Positions 1-8,816 are shown, counted from the stretch's first letter. The stretch is 64,000 bases of DNA from an uncultured Candidatus Saccharibacteria bacterium (GCA_965230925.1 OZ246403.1:202455-266454), one strand, 5' to 3'. The notes: generated by a model from the sequence alone, not told the origin. A program made the numbers and translations.

Positions 1-879
1 CGAAGCAATGGAAACGAACTCGGTTTTTTGTTTATCCAATTCTTTCAACTTCTCATTCGCCACCCAAAACTTGTCATTAGAAACCTGAAGCTCCGAAGCC
101 AAATTTTCGATCTTTTCTCGTTGAATTACTTCCTTTTTTAGCTGTCTGCCCCACATTTTGATGATAACAAAAAACAAAAGCAAAATTATGATGATCAGAA
201 ATAGGATAAAACTTAAAAACGGATACAGTGTCTGTCCGGTAATAGCAAAGAAATTGTCAGCCTTCATATCAAGGGCCAAGACGGCGATCGTTTCCCCGTT
301 TCTTAAAATGGGAGCGTACCCTGTAATAACCCTACCGAATGAATCCTCGTATAAATCTTTACTGGTGGTTGGACCAACATCATAAGCTCTAAAGGTTCCT
401 TCAGGAGGATCTTCATAATCCTGCCCTGGCCACTGCAAATAGTCTGGCCCATCAGGTTCAATCTTCCCATCCCTGTTTGCGTCTACGTCATTTGAAGGAT
501 CATAATCGTTATTGGCATAAGGATAAATTGAGTGGGAATCAGCAACAAACTCCATCTGTAATGGATCAATCAATTTTTTCCTAAAAACATAAGAAAAAAG
601 GATGTCCTCATCACTCTTCTCAATTGCTAATAACTGATTAACTACTCTTCCCCATTCTGGTTTCTGCCAGTCTGACTCTATTCGTAACTCCTCAATGTCC
701 CTTGGATCAAAAGAGGGAACGGCAATTTTGGCCATACTTTCAATGCGCTGGCGCAAGTTCGCGGTCAAAAGATTTACCGTATGTTGATAAAGAAGAACAG
801 AAATGGCCACAACAACGGCCATACCAATCACGATAACCAACCAGGCAAAAAGATTGGTTGTTCTTTTTCGAAAATACAT
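1..879 (-). CDS. Membrane sensor histidine kinase, N-terminal part (runs off the left edge; not in the ORF track)
   Basis: Manual translation from ATG at 879: MYFRKRTTNLFAWLVIVIGMAVVVAISVLLY (TM1), an extracytoplasmic Cache-like region (YEDSFGRVITGYAPI), TM2 (PFLSFILFLIIIILLLFFVII), a coiled coil, then LKELDKQKTEFVSIAS, the start of a HisKA H-box. The phospho-His lies just outside the window. Confidence 0.85.
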   Translation of the reverse strand, partial: MYFRKRTTNLFAWLVIVIGMAVVVAISVLLYQHTVNLLTANLRQRIESMAKIAVPSFDPRDIEELRIESDWQKPEWGRVVNQLLAIEKSDEDILFSYVFRKKLIDPLQMEFVADSHSIYPYANNDYDPSNDVDANRDGKIEPDGPDYLQWPGQDYEDPPEGTFRAYDVGPTTSKDLYEDSFGRVITGYAPILRNGETIAVLALDMKADNFFAITGQTLYPFLSFILFLIIIILLLFFVIIKMWGRQLKKEVIQREKIENLASELQVSNDKFWVANEKLKELDKQKTEFVSIAS

Positions 880-894
880 TAGCTATATAATAAC

Positions 895-2697
895 CTACAC
901 ATCAAGAAGCTCGCAAATTTTATGGCGATCTGCGTCCAAAATAAATTGAGGCAACCTTGGCCCAGAATCTTTATCAAAAAGAAGTTGGTATAAATTACGG
1001 AAAAATTTTAATTGTCTTTCTCCGTTCTCACCCATAGAAAACTCCTTTTTCTTAGGAATGGAGTAAAGGTGCGTTACAAAATCATCCAGCTTAATCTCTT
1101 TTTGCTCCATTAAAAACATTCTCAGTGCCTGCACTTGTTCTCGATCTTCTTGTTGTAATCTCGAAATTACTTCTGCGTTTGGATATTCCAACAAAGAAAA
1201 AAGTTGCTTCGGTGATAACTCAACGTAACGAGACTTAGTATTATCGACACCTGAAGAGTCCAAATAAGTTTTACCGAAATGAGGACTTGTTGGCTCATCA
1301 ACTGAACGAAGTTTAAGACCCATAAGCTTGGGGATGTTCTTTGTTTCAACGTGATCCATTTTAATTAATTTCTCCTGACTCTCCTTAACTTTCCCAGAAT
1401 CTATTATTGGTTTTACTAAATATTTAAAAATATCCCGCTGAGGACAAGTGGGCTGGGGAACAACTTCACCGTTGAGGCTCACGTTTGAAGCACCATAACC
1501 ATAACCACCATAAGGCTGGGTCCCACGTTCAATCCCTCTTTCGTGTAGATGAATGTTGTGAAGAAAAGTATCTTCTCTGTGTAAAATTTTACCGTTAATC
1601 GTTTTACCGACCAGGCTCTTAACATATTTGCTGTCTCCATACAAAGTTACGTACATGGCATTCCTGGAATAATGCTGATTTTCAAAGTACGAGGATAAAT
1701 CCGAGTCTTGTTCATACTTTTGCAAAAAGACGATGGGAGCAAACACTTCTGCAAAATTTCCACCCTCTTTGAGTGGTTTACAAATAATTGTTGGTTCAAC
1801 AATTGCTTCTGCGGTACGAATTATTCCCCCGGTAGCACTGTCGACCCAATCACGGTTCTCAACCAACAAAGCCTGAATCCTAACTAGATCATTCGGTTCA
1901 CTAATGGGTCCAGCCACGCAAGAAACATCCCTGTAGGGACCAATCTTTACTTTTGCCAGTTCAACACGAAGAAGGCTCAAAAACTCCTCATAAACGTCTT
2001 GGTGCACGAGAATAGAGTTTGGGGCAGCACAATCTTGGCCTTGGTTATACAGTTGAAGTTTGAGTGTCGCCTCAACAGCCTTTGCAATATCAGCATTCGC
2101 CGCGACCACAAGCGGGTTGTGCCCTGAACCATTCGTAATAAACAATGTTCTTGAATCGAAAATTGATCGGAGTTTTTCCGCGTGATGAGATGTGCCTGTG
2201 AAAATAACCGCGCTAGTAGCAGGCAAATTTTCTCTAGTAAGCGGATTCACCAGCAAAGCCGTCCTTTCCTTTAGGAAATCTAATCTTTCCTTTTTTGAGA
2301 CAACAATATTGGGAAAAAATTCATCAAACTTAAGAATCTGAAGTAATTTAGGAAAAAAACTACGAGTACAATGAGGAATGCGAAAATGAACCTTCTGTGA
2401 CATCAATGACGGCACAACAACAAAACAAGAAAAAGCATAGAGAGGTTGATTCCTGGGTAAAAAAGCGGCAACATCACTGATCCTCAAAACAAAATATTCT
2501 TTATTTTCATGAAGGCTTCTAAAAAGATCTAAAGTTCTCTCATATTCATCTTTTACCACTTCAAAACTCTCGTATTCCAGAAGAACGTCTTTAATTTCCT
2601 CAAAGTTGGCTTCAATATGGTCAGCGAAGTCCAGGGCTATTTTATTTATAGAGGAGAAATCAAGCGACCCCATAAATAACCCGGGAATTTCTTTCAT
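895..2697 (-). CDS. Aldehyde dehydrogenase-fold protein fused to a C-terminal class I LysRS-like anticodon-binding domain
   Basis: ALDH motifs LPRNQP, IFTGT, NGSGHNP, YNQGQDCAA (catalytic Cys), EVFAP, QPYGGYG. The C-terminus LDDFVTHLYSIPK...QLKFFRNLYQLLFDKDSGPRLPQFIL resembles the class I LysRS C-terminus. Confidence 0.8.
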   Translation of the reverse strand: MKEIPGLFMGSLDFSSINKIALDFADHIEANFEEIKDVLLEYESFEVVKDEYERTLDLFRSLHENKEYFVLRISDVAAFLPRNQPLYAFSCFVVVPSLMSQKVHFRIPHCTRSFFPKLLQILKFDEFFPNIVVSKKERLDFLKERTALLVNPLTRENLPATSAVIFTGTSHHAEKLRSIFDSRTLFITNGSGHNPLVVAANADIAKAVEATLKLQLYNQGQDCAAPNSILVHQDVYEEFLSLLRVELAKVKIGPYRDVSCVAGPISEPNDLVRIQALLVENRDWVDSATGGIIRTAEAIVEPTIICKPLKEGGNFAEVFAPIVFLQKYEQDSDLSSYFENQHYSRNAMYVTLYGDSKYVKSLVGKTINGKILHREDTFLHNIHLHERGIERGTQPYGGYGYGASNVSLNGEVVPQPTCPQRDIFKYLVKPIIDSGKVKESQEKLIKMDHVETKNIPKLMGLKLRSVDEPTSPHFGKTYLDSSGVDNTKSRYVELSPKQLFSLLEYPNAEVISRLQQEDREQVQALRMFLMEQKEIKLDDFVTHLYSIPKKKEFSMGENGERQLKFFRNLYQLLFDKDSGPRLPQFILDADRHKICELLDV

Positions 2698-2699
2698 GA

Positions 2700-3044
2700 C
2701 TATTTAGTAAAATGTGGCGAGAAAAGAACAAGCAAGACTCCGAAAAAAGTGAGAATCATACCAATATACTGCGGGACTAATATTTTATCTGATTCTTTAA
2801 AGAAAAATAAACCTACTGCTACAGATCCAACAATCAACAAAGAATCAACTAAGCTGGAGGCAATAGCCATTCCAACCCTAGAAGTGGCCAAACCGTAAGT
2901 GATAAAAACAATAGGAGAAATCAAAATTACTAACAAAAACCAAATCGAAAACCGGCTATCTTGCCTAGCCCAGATGGCGCTCACTGAATTTGCCAAAACC
3001 GCAACAACAACAGCAACAATAATATATAAAAAATTCCGCATCAC
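2700..3044 (-). CDS. SMR/DMT-family small 4-TM transporter (start GTG 3044 or ATG 3041)
   Basis: About 113 aa with four hydrophobic helices; VGMAIASS...GLFFFKE...QYIGMILTFFGVLLV pattern typical of SMR/EamA proteins; 2 nt gap to the ALDH gene. Confidence 0.75.
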   Translation of the reverse strand: MMRNFLYIIVAVVVAVLANSVSAIWARQDSRFSIWFLLVILISPIVFITYGLATSRVGMAIASSLVDSLLIVGSVAVGLFFFKESDKILVPQYIGMILTFFGVLLVLFSPHFTK

Positions 3045-3174
3045 GTTATCTTAATTTCAACCTTTACAAAAGAAATTCGCTACCGCCTGATAATATATCA
3101 AGCCTAAAAGTTATACACAAGCGGGATCGGGGGTAATGGACTATACTTGGGCATTATTAGCTAATATAATAAAA

Positions 3175-3405
3175 ATGAAGCTACACTGTATTGCGTTCAT
3201 TTTGCTGGTTATTGGTGGTTTAAATTGGTTGTTAATGGGACTCTTTGATTGGGGTATTGGAAACCTTTTCGCCTCCGAGAGCATAATCCCAAAAATTATC
3301 TACATTATCGTTGGTCTCTCTGCCGTGTATACAATTGTTACTCACAAGAAGACCTGCAAAATGTGTGATAAGGGTGGCGCGCCCTCAATGGGCATGGGTC
3401 AATAG
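3175..3405 (+). CDS. DUF378 family small membrane protein
   Basis: LLVIGGLNWLLMGLF...IIYIIVGLSA signature; ATG 3175 preferred over 3136. Confidence 0.85.
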   Translation: MKLHCIAFILLVIGGLNWLLMGLFDWGIGNLFASESIIPKIIYIIVGLSAVYTIVTHKKTCKMCDKGGAPSMGMGQ

Positions 3406-3423
3406 TCTTAACTTAATTCTCAC

Positions 3424-3452
3424 AAAAAACCCGCCTTAACGGCGGGTTTTTT
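3424..3452. terminator. Bidirectional intrinsic terminator
   Basis: AAAAAACCCGCC-TTAAC-GGCGGGTTTTTT between convergent genes. Confidence 0.85.
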
Positions 3453-3473
3453 GTTCTTATCGGTTAAAAATAA

Positions 3474-3980
3474 TTAACCTTTAACCTCAAACTGAGGCAA
3501 ACCAGAAGCGCTGCGGAGCAAGTTCATCTTGAAGACAATAAGTTTCATCAAGAAATCAAGAATTTGCTGGCGAAGCTCAGGGGAAATCGTGTCCATCGTA
3601 ACAACCTCTTGATTATTCTGGTTGTTACGATTCCGATTGCCGCCACCACCTCCCCCACCACCGCAATTGCTGGTGCAACCTTGGTCAGGGTTATTGTTAC
3701 CGCCACCATCATTATCACCAGGATTATCTGGAGTATTGGGGTTCTTGTTGATAGGACCACCAGGGTAGTCGGTAATCCGACGAGACGGACGACCAATATC
3801 GTTTACTGGTCGGTTGCCATCTTCCACCTTAGGTGTGTCACCCCGAGGGCTATCACCACCAGGGGCAACATTTACGTTGTCGCTAGGGGTGCTTGGCGTC
3901 GGAGTTAAAGAATCAGCGAAAGCGAGCGGCGCAAGAGCAACGTTCGCAATCACCAAAGCCATAGCAATAAATTTATTCAT
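3474..3980 (-). CDS. Secreted low-complexity Pro/Gly/Asn-rich hypothetical protein
   Basis: Signal peptide ending AFA, P/D/N-rich body, CxxxC followed by a Gly9 run, helical C-terminus; upstream TTGACG-17-TAGTAT promoter. Confidence 0.6.
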   Translation of the reverse strand: MNKFIAMALVIANVALAPLAFADSLTPTPSTPSDNVNVAPGGDSPRGDTPKVEDGNRPVNDIGRPSRRITDYPGGPINKNPNTPDNPGDNDGGGNNNPDQGCTSNCGGGGGGGGNRNRNNQNNQEVVTMDTISPELRQQILDFLMKLIVFKMNLLRSASGLPQFEVKG

Positions 3981-4111
3981 TGTTTTATTCTTTTGCTAAT
4001 AAACCGCTCTGCTTAGCCGTAATCCGGCCAGGTAACAGAACAGCGTTATACTATCATGATTGTGGTAAATCGTCAATAGCCAGACGCTGCTTATCGGCTA
4101 TACTAGGCGCC

Positions 4112-4714
4112 ATGTTCGACCTCGTCAACCTTATTAGCACCGCGGGCTATCTTGGCCTCTTCCTCATCATCTTCGCCGAGTCGGGACTCTTCTTTGGCTT
4201 CTTTTTGCCTGGAGACAGCCTCCTCTTCACGGCCGGCTTTTTATCTTCTCAAGAAATTTTAAACATCTGGCTTCTCGTTCCCCTACTTTTTATTGCTGCG
4301 GTTCTCGGCGACAGTGTGGGTTACTGGTTCGGAAAAAAAGTGGGGCCAAAAATTTTTACTCGACCTGAATCGCGTTTCTTTAAGCCAGCACATGTGGTGA
4401 AGGCTCACGCCTTTTTCTTAAAATATGGCAATAAGGCCATTGTTCTGGCTCGATTTGTCCCGATCGTCCGCACCTTCATTCCCATTGTCGCCGGCGTGGG
4501 ATCTATGCCCTACCGCAATTTCATTACTTACAATATCCTCGGCGGTCTTATCTGGGCTCCCGGCCTCACCCTCCTTGGTTATATTCTTGGCGCCCAGATC
4601 CCAGAAGCTGAGAAATATCTCCACGTAATTATTGGAGTTATTGTCTTGATTTCTTTCGTTCCAATTTTAATCGAACACCAACGAGCCAAAAAGCTTAGTC
4701 AAAAAACTCAATGA
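4112..4714 (+). CDS. DedA/VTT family membrane protein
   Basis: FAESGLFFGFFLPGDSLLF and ARFVPIVRTF motifs; start at ATG 4112, 7 nt after TATACT. Confidence 0.92.
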   Translation: MFDLVNLISTAGYLGLFLIIFAESGLFFGFFLPGDSLLFTAGFLSSQEILNIWLLVPLLFIAAVLGDSVGYWFGKKVGPKIFTRPESRFFKPAHVVKAHAFFLKYGNKAIVLARFVPIVRTFIPIVAGVGSMPYRNFITYNILGGLIWAPGLTLLGYILGAQIPEAEKYLHVIIGVIVLISFVPILIEHQRAKKLSQKTQ

Positions 4715-5582
4715 GATACTTGTCAATCTCCCGCTGGTCGAGGTCATAAAAGTTTTTATTGTCACGATGGAGATCACGCGCCAAGTCGCGGCCAACGAAG
4801 CGCCAATGCCATGGTTCAAATTGGTAATAAGTATTGCCCGGTGGATAAGAGAGAACGAAGCCGAAGCGATAGGCATTCTCTTGTAGCCACTTATACGCCT
4901 CCGTGCTCTGGAAACCATCAAGTGCTCCAGCCATCTGAGGTGTGTTGAGATCCACTGTCGTCCCGAGTTGATGTTCCGAGTAACCCTGATCGGCTGAAAA
5001 GGCGTTGGCGCCCGAGCCGTAAATAACTTTATACTGAGCCTTGAGCGCTGTCTGAGTTCCGAAGTCGCGATAGGCCGAAAGAACGCGAATCTCCACGCCA
5101 TCGTCGTGCGCTTCCTCGAGCAAGTCTTCGAGTCGTCGCCAGACTTTAGTTTGAACTTGTTGCGGCTTGGCCGCCACGGCGAGCCACTCAGCAGGAACTT
5201 CTTTAAGTTGAGCGGGGGTGTAATGCTCGTTTAAGAAAAAAACCTTAGAATACTTTTGCAAAAGTTGCGGATCGAGCTTAGCAAGTTTTTCAAATTCATC
5301 TACCTTGTCGTCGAGATCCTCATTGCGCTGTTCAAGCTCTCGCGCTCGCTGCTGCTCGCTCGTCAGATTACTCACCAGTTCATCGCGCTCCCCCGTTACC
5401 GCGGCCAGCTCGGTCTTAATCTCATCAATTCTAGTTTGGAAGGCCGCCGTACTTGAGGCAAACTCGGCTTGGACCATGGTGATTTTCTCCTCATATTGCT
5501 GTCGGCCATACACCAAAACGCCGCCAAGACCGAGAATAATCAGCACCAAAAGAGTATAAATTATGATGGCTTTATAAGTCAT
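4695..5582 (-). CDS. M15B (VanY-like) D,D-/L,D-carboxypeptidase with TM anchor and coiled-coil stalk
   Basis: SAYR, SEHQLGTTVD and EPWHWRFVG motifs; N-terminal TM plus heptad region. Confidence 0.9.
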   Translation of the reverse strand: MTYKAIIIYTLLVLIILGLGGVLVYGRQQYEEKITMVQAEFASSTAAFQTRIDEIKTELAAVTGERDELVSNLTSEQQRARELEQRNEDLDDKVDEFEKLAKLDPQLLQKYSKVFFLNEHYTPAQLKEVPAEWLAVAAKPQQVQTKVWRRLEDLLEEAHDDGVEIRVLSAYRDFGTQTALKAQYKVIYGSGANAFSADQGYSEHQLGTTVDLNTPQMAGALDGFQSTEAYKWLQENAYRFGFVLSYPPGNTYYQFEPWHWRFVGRDLARDLHRDNKNFYDLDQREIDKYLIEFFD

Positions 5583-5635
5583 CTAGTACGGGTTAAAATA
5601 GCATAATTCAGATGGAATTTCTATAATGTGAGGGT

Positions 5636-6154
5636 ATGCAAACAGCAATCTTTGGCGGTGGATGCTTCTGGTGCACCGAGGCGGTGTTTAAGATCTTGCG
5701 CGGGGTAAAAACGGTGATACCAGGCTATGCGGGCGGTAATGTCGACAACCCAACTTATCACCAAGTGAGCGCTGGCGTGACCGGTCACGCTGAAGTAATT
5801 AAAATTGAGTTTGATCCGACGGAAATTAGTTACGAGAATTTACTCACCGTTTTCTTTGCTTCGCACGACCCCACCACAGTCAATCGCCAAGGTAATGATG
5901 TCGGCACGCAATATCGCTCGATAATTCTCTACACAAGCGAGGAACAAAAAAGTGTGGCTGAAAAATTAATTAAAGAGCTCGGCGCTGTGACGGAACTTAA
6001 ACCATTTGAGAAATTTTACGAAGCCGAAGATTATCATCGCGATTATTATGCAAGCAATCCCGGTAATCAATATTGCGAAATAGTGATTAATCCAAAGTTA
6101 GAAAAGGTTCAAGCGAAGTTCGCCGAATTATTAAAAACTCACGAGATAAAATGA
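5636..6154 (+). CDS. msrA: Peptide-methionine (S)-S-oxide reductase
   Basis: GGGCFWCTE, RQGNDVGTQYRS, AEDYHRDY. Confidence 0.97.
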   Translation: MQTAIFGGGCFWCTEAVFKILRGVKTVIPGYAGGNVDNPTYHQVSAGVTGHAEVIKIEFDPTEISYENLLTVFFASHDPTTVNRQGNDVGTQYRSIILYTSEEQKSVAEKLIKELGAVTELKPFEKFYEAEDYHRDYYASNPGNQYCEIVINPKLEKVQAKFAELLKTHEIK

Positions 6155-6510
6155 AAAAACTAACTCCTGAACAAGAGCGCGTGATGCGCGAAGGTGGCAC
6201 CGAAGCACCCTTTTCTGGTGCGCTGTTGCACGAGAAGCGCGAGGGTACATACAAGTGCGCAGCCTGCGAAAACCCTTTGTTTGCTTCTGACACCAAGTTC
6301 GACTCCGGCACCGGTTGGCCGAGCTTCGACCAAGCCTTACCCGACGCTGTTAAACTCACTGAAGATAATTCTCACGGTATGACGAGAACCGAAGTCACTT
6401 GCGCCCAGTGTGGCTCTCATTTAGGTCACATCTTCCCAGACGGTCCTACCGCCACCGGCAAACGCTATTGCATGAACTCGGTGTGTTTAGAGTTGGAAGA
6501 AAAGAAATAA
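6151..6510 (+). CDS. msrB: Peptide-methionine (R)-S-oxide reductase
   Basis: KFDSGTGWPSF, HLGHIFPDGP, RYCMNS; 4-nt overlap with msrA. Confidence 0.97.
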   Translation: MKKLTPEQERVMREGGTEAPFSGALLHEKREGTYKCAACENPLFASDTKFDSGTGWPSFDQALPDAVKLTEDNSHGMTRTEVTCAQCGSHLGHIFPDGPTATGKRYCMNSVCLELEEKK

Positions 6511-6512
6511 AG

Positions 6513-6550
6513 AGCGCCCGACTTGTTTTTCGAAAAACAAGTCGGGCGCT
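6513..6550. terminator. Perfect 38-bp palindrome, probable terminator between convergent genes
   Basis: AGCGCCCGACTTGTTTTTC|GAAAAACAAGTCGGGCGCT. Confidence 0.65.
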
Positions 6551-6573
6551 ATATCAACCATAGAGTCTGAGTT

Positions 6574-7401
6574 TCAGGTCCACACAAGAGAGAAACAAGC
6601 CCCAATCCGAAAACAAGAAGCAGTAACTATCTCTTGTCTCAAAGCCATTCCAGCACCATCGAAAGAACCGAGAAGAACAATGCCACGAGGAGGCAACAGT
6701 TCCTGAGTCCACATAAAACGGGTGGGAAAGAGCTTCTCTCCACTGATTACCTCGTGCCGTACGATACGATCAAACAACACCACCGGTGGCTCGCGAAAAA
6801 GCTGATTAACCTTGAGAGCAACCGCCCTTTTCGCGCCCTCGCTCCGATCAGTATAGATGAAACTTCTCAGTTCATGATATTGCTCCTTAAATTCTGTGAT
6901 TGCCTCTTGGACTGTTGGCGACAAAAGCTCCGGCCAAAACTCCTTGGCGTGCTCGACGAGAGTTCCTGTTTGTTCAACGTAATTTTCCCCGAAACAATGT
7001 TCGATGGGTGCTCGACTGAAAAAGCTCCATTCGAGCGCTGATGCAGCAGCTTCGGTGAAAAAGCTCATATGCATCAACGGCCCAGATTGCTCCAGCAAAC
7101 GGCCGTCACCCTTCCGATTTTTCCCTTTTCGAATTGCGTTGATCCGCTCCATGGTGATCAAACGACTTTCAGCACACCTTGGGATCCGGAGCATCAAACC
7201 GTGATGCCGATCGTATGCCGCCCTAATAACCTCCTTGGGCGGTAGGGGCGGCAATTGATCAGCCGGCACCTTGAAACCATAGGTAAGCTCTATTGATTGT
7301 GGTCCAAGGAAACTTGTCGGTTCCTCCAGAATCTCCGTCGCCTCTTCAAGCGTCGCGGGTTGCCCGGCTGCGATTAGTCCGGCCATCTTATTCTCCTTCA
7401 A
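6574..7401 (-). CDS. Hypothetical protein
   Basis: 275-aa ORF with its own TTGACG-17-TAATAT promoter; no motif recognised; start uncertain. Confidence 0.6.
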   Translation of the reverse strand: MKENKMAGLIAAGQPATLEEATEILEEPTSFLGPQSIELTYGFKVPADQLPPLPPKEVIRAAYDRHHGLMLRIPRCAESRLITMERINAIRKGKNRKGDGRLLEQSGPLMHMSFFTEAAASALEWSFFSRAPIEHCFGENYVEQTGTLVEHAKEFWPELLSPTVQEAITEFKEQYHELRSFIYTDRSEGAKRAVALKVNQLFREPPVVLFDRIVRHEVISGEKLFPTRFMWTQELLPPRGIVLLGSFDGAGMALRQEIVTASCFRIGACFSLVWT

Positions 7402-7478
7402 AAAAGTCCCTGAAAATCAACCTCCCTGATTGACGAGGTTCGCCTCTCTCAGGATATTAGTAAACCGAAACCCTTGCG

Positions 7479-8228
7479 TCAATTCCCTTTCTTAAACCCA
7501 GCGAAGGCCTTCATAATTTCTAAGGGAACAGTAAAGACCACGGTATTGGATTGATCAGAAGAAATGTCGTTGATCGATTGGAGCGTGCGCAAGTGTAAGG
7601 CACCATCAACGGCTCCGAGAATACTCGCGGCTTCGGCCATGTTCTTGGCCGCGGCAAGCTCACCTTCAGAATTAATGATCACCGCCCGCTTCTCGCGCTC
7701 AGCTTCGGCCTGCTTGGCGATCGTCCGCTCCATCGCCTCCGGCAATCGAATGTCTTTAAGCTCCACATTAATCACCTCAAGGCCCCAAGCATCGGTCTCC
7801 TTCTCCACAATTTGCTTAATCCGCTCGGCAATGCGCTCGCGACCGGCGAGAAGTTCATCGAGAGTCACTTCACCCACAATGTTGCGCATCGTCGTCTGGG
7901 CGTATTGAGAAATGGCGTAATAAAAATCTTCAACTTCGATAATCGCCTTCTCGGCCGACGACACCTTGTAGTAAATAACGGCGTTCACGGTGACCGACAC
8001 ATTGTCGCGCGTAATCGCATTCTGATCCGGCACGTCCACCGCCTTGACCCGAATATCTACCTTCCGATAAGTTTGGAAAACGGGAATCACCAAGCGCCAG
8101 CCGGGCTCCATGATCTTGCTAAACTTCCCAATTGTAAACTTCACCCCACGCTGATATTGATTAATCTGACGGATGCTAATAAGCAAAATGAAAATAACCG
8201 CAATGACGATAAAAATGACTGTGTTCAT
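7479..8228 (-). CDS. SPFH/band 7 (slipin/stomatin-like) protein
   Basis: N-terminal TM, ITRDNVSVTVNAV, AQTTMRNIVG, AEAEREKRA, LRTLQS. Confidence 0.93.
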   Translation of the reverse strand: MNTVIFIVIAVIFILLISIRQINQYQRGVKFTIGKFSKIMEPGWRLVIPVFQTYRKVDIRVKAVDVPDQNAITRDNVSVTVNAVIYYKVSSAEKAIIEVEDFYYAISQYAQTTMRNIVGEVTLDELLAGRERIAERIKQIVEKETDAWGLEVINVELKDIRLPEAMERTIAKQAEAEREKRAVIINSEGELAAAKNMAEAASILGAVDGALHLRTLQSINDISSDQSNTVVFTVPLEIMKAFAGFKKGN

Positions 8229-8343
8229 GTCATTTAATCTATCACAATTACAAAAAATTGACAAAAACAGGATACTCTGCTACCGTCTTGACCAGAAACG
8301 GAACCAAATATACGAAAGTGTTTAGATATATAGGAGGAACCCA

Positions 8344-8793
8344 GTGATTACTGAGACGGCAAAGATTTGTTCGCAAGACATGGAGGTCGGCGATGAATTC
8401 ATCTACCAATTCATTGTCACTTCCCCCCAAGTTCGCCTCTTCCTGCAAGCAGTTGCGGTAAACGGCGACGGTCATTATGAAAGTCACATTCTCGGGGAAG
8501 TGGCAGATAACCACGGACTGCTGGTGCCGCCCCACATGATTCCTGGCGTCTTGGCCAACCTGAACCTTGGCCACAAACGGCACGCCACACTCTCAAGCGT
8601 CGGCCACCGAATTGTCCACAATCATTTCATGAAGCCGGACAAACTCATGAAGGCGGTTGAAAGAATCATCAGCAAGAAACGGACGGGGGAAGGAAAAACA
8701 CAAATCCACAGCAGTACCAAGGTCTTTGATCGGGACAATAACCTGATCGCCGAGTACTCCACACACTTTCTTGTTCTGACGAGTCCGGAATAA
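8344..8793 (+). CDS. Putative hotdog-fold (MaoC/thioesterase-like) protein
   Basis: AGGAGG SD at 8332-8337 before GTG; the C-terminal strand pattern (KVFDRDNNLIAEYSTHFLVL) is hotdog-like. Confidence 0.5.
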   Translation: MITETAKICSQDMEVGDEFIYQFIVTSPQVRLFLQAVAVNGDGHYESHILGEVADNHGLLVPPHMIPGVLANLNLGHKRHATLSSVGHRIVHNHFMKPDKLMKAVERIISKKRTGEGKTQIHSSTKVFDRDNNLIAEYSTHFLVLTSPE

Positions 8794-8816
8794 GAAAAAT
8801 CCAAACACAAATAGAT

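Noticed and set aside
158-385. 75-aa plus-strand ORF
   Set aside because: Antisense shadow of the histidine kinase gene on the minus strand.
895-2697. Calling this gene lysS (lysyl-tRNA synthetase)
   Set aside because: Only the C-terminal anticodon-binding-like region matches; there is no HIGH/KMSKS catalytic domain.
3640-3670. Gly-codon run as a contingency or tandem repeat locus
   Set aside because: The codons are mixed (GGT/GGG/GGA/GGC), so this is protein-level low complexity rather than a slippage tract.
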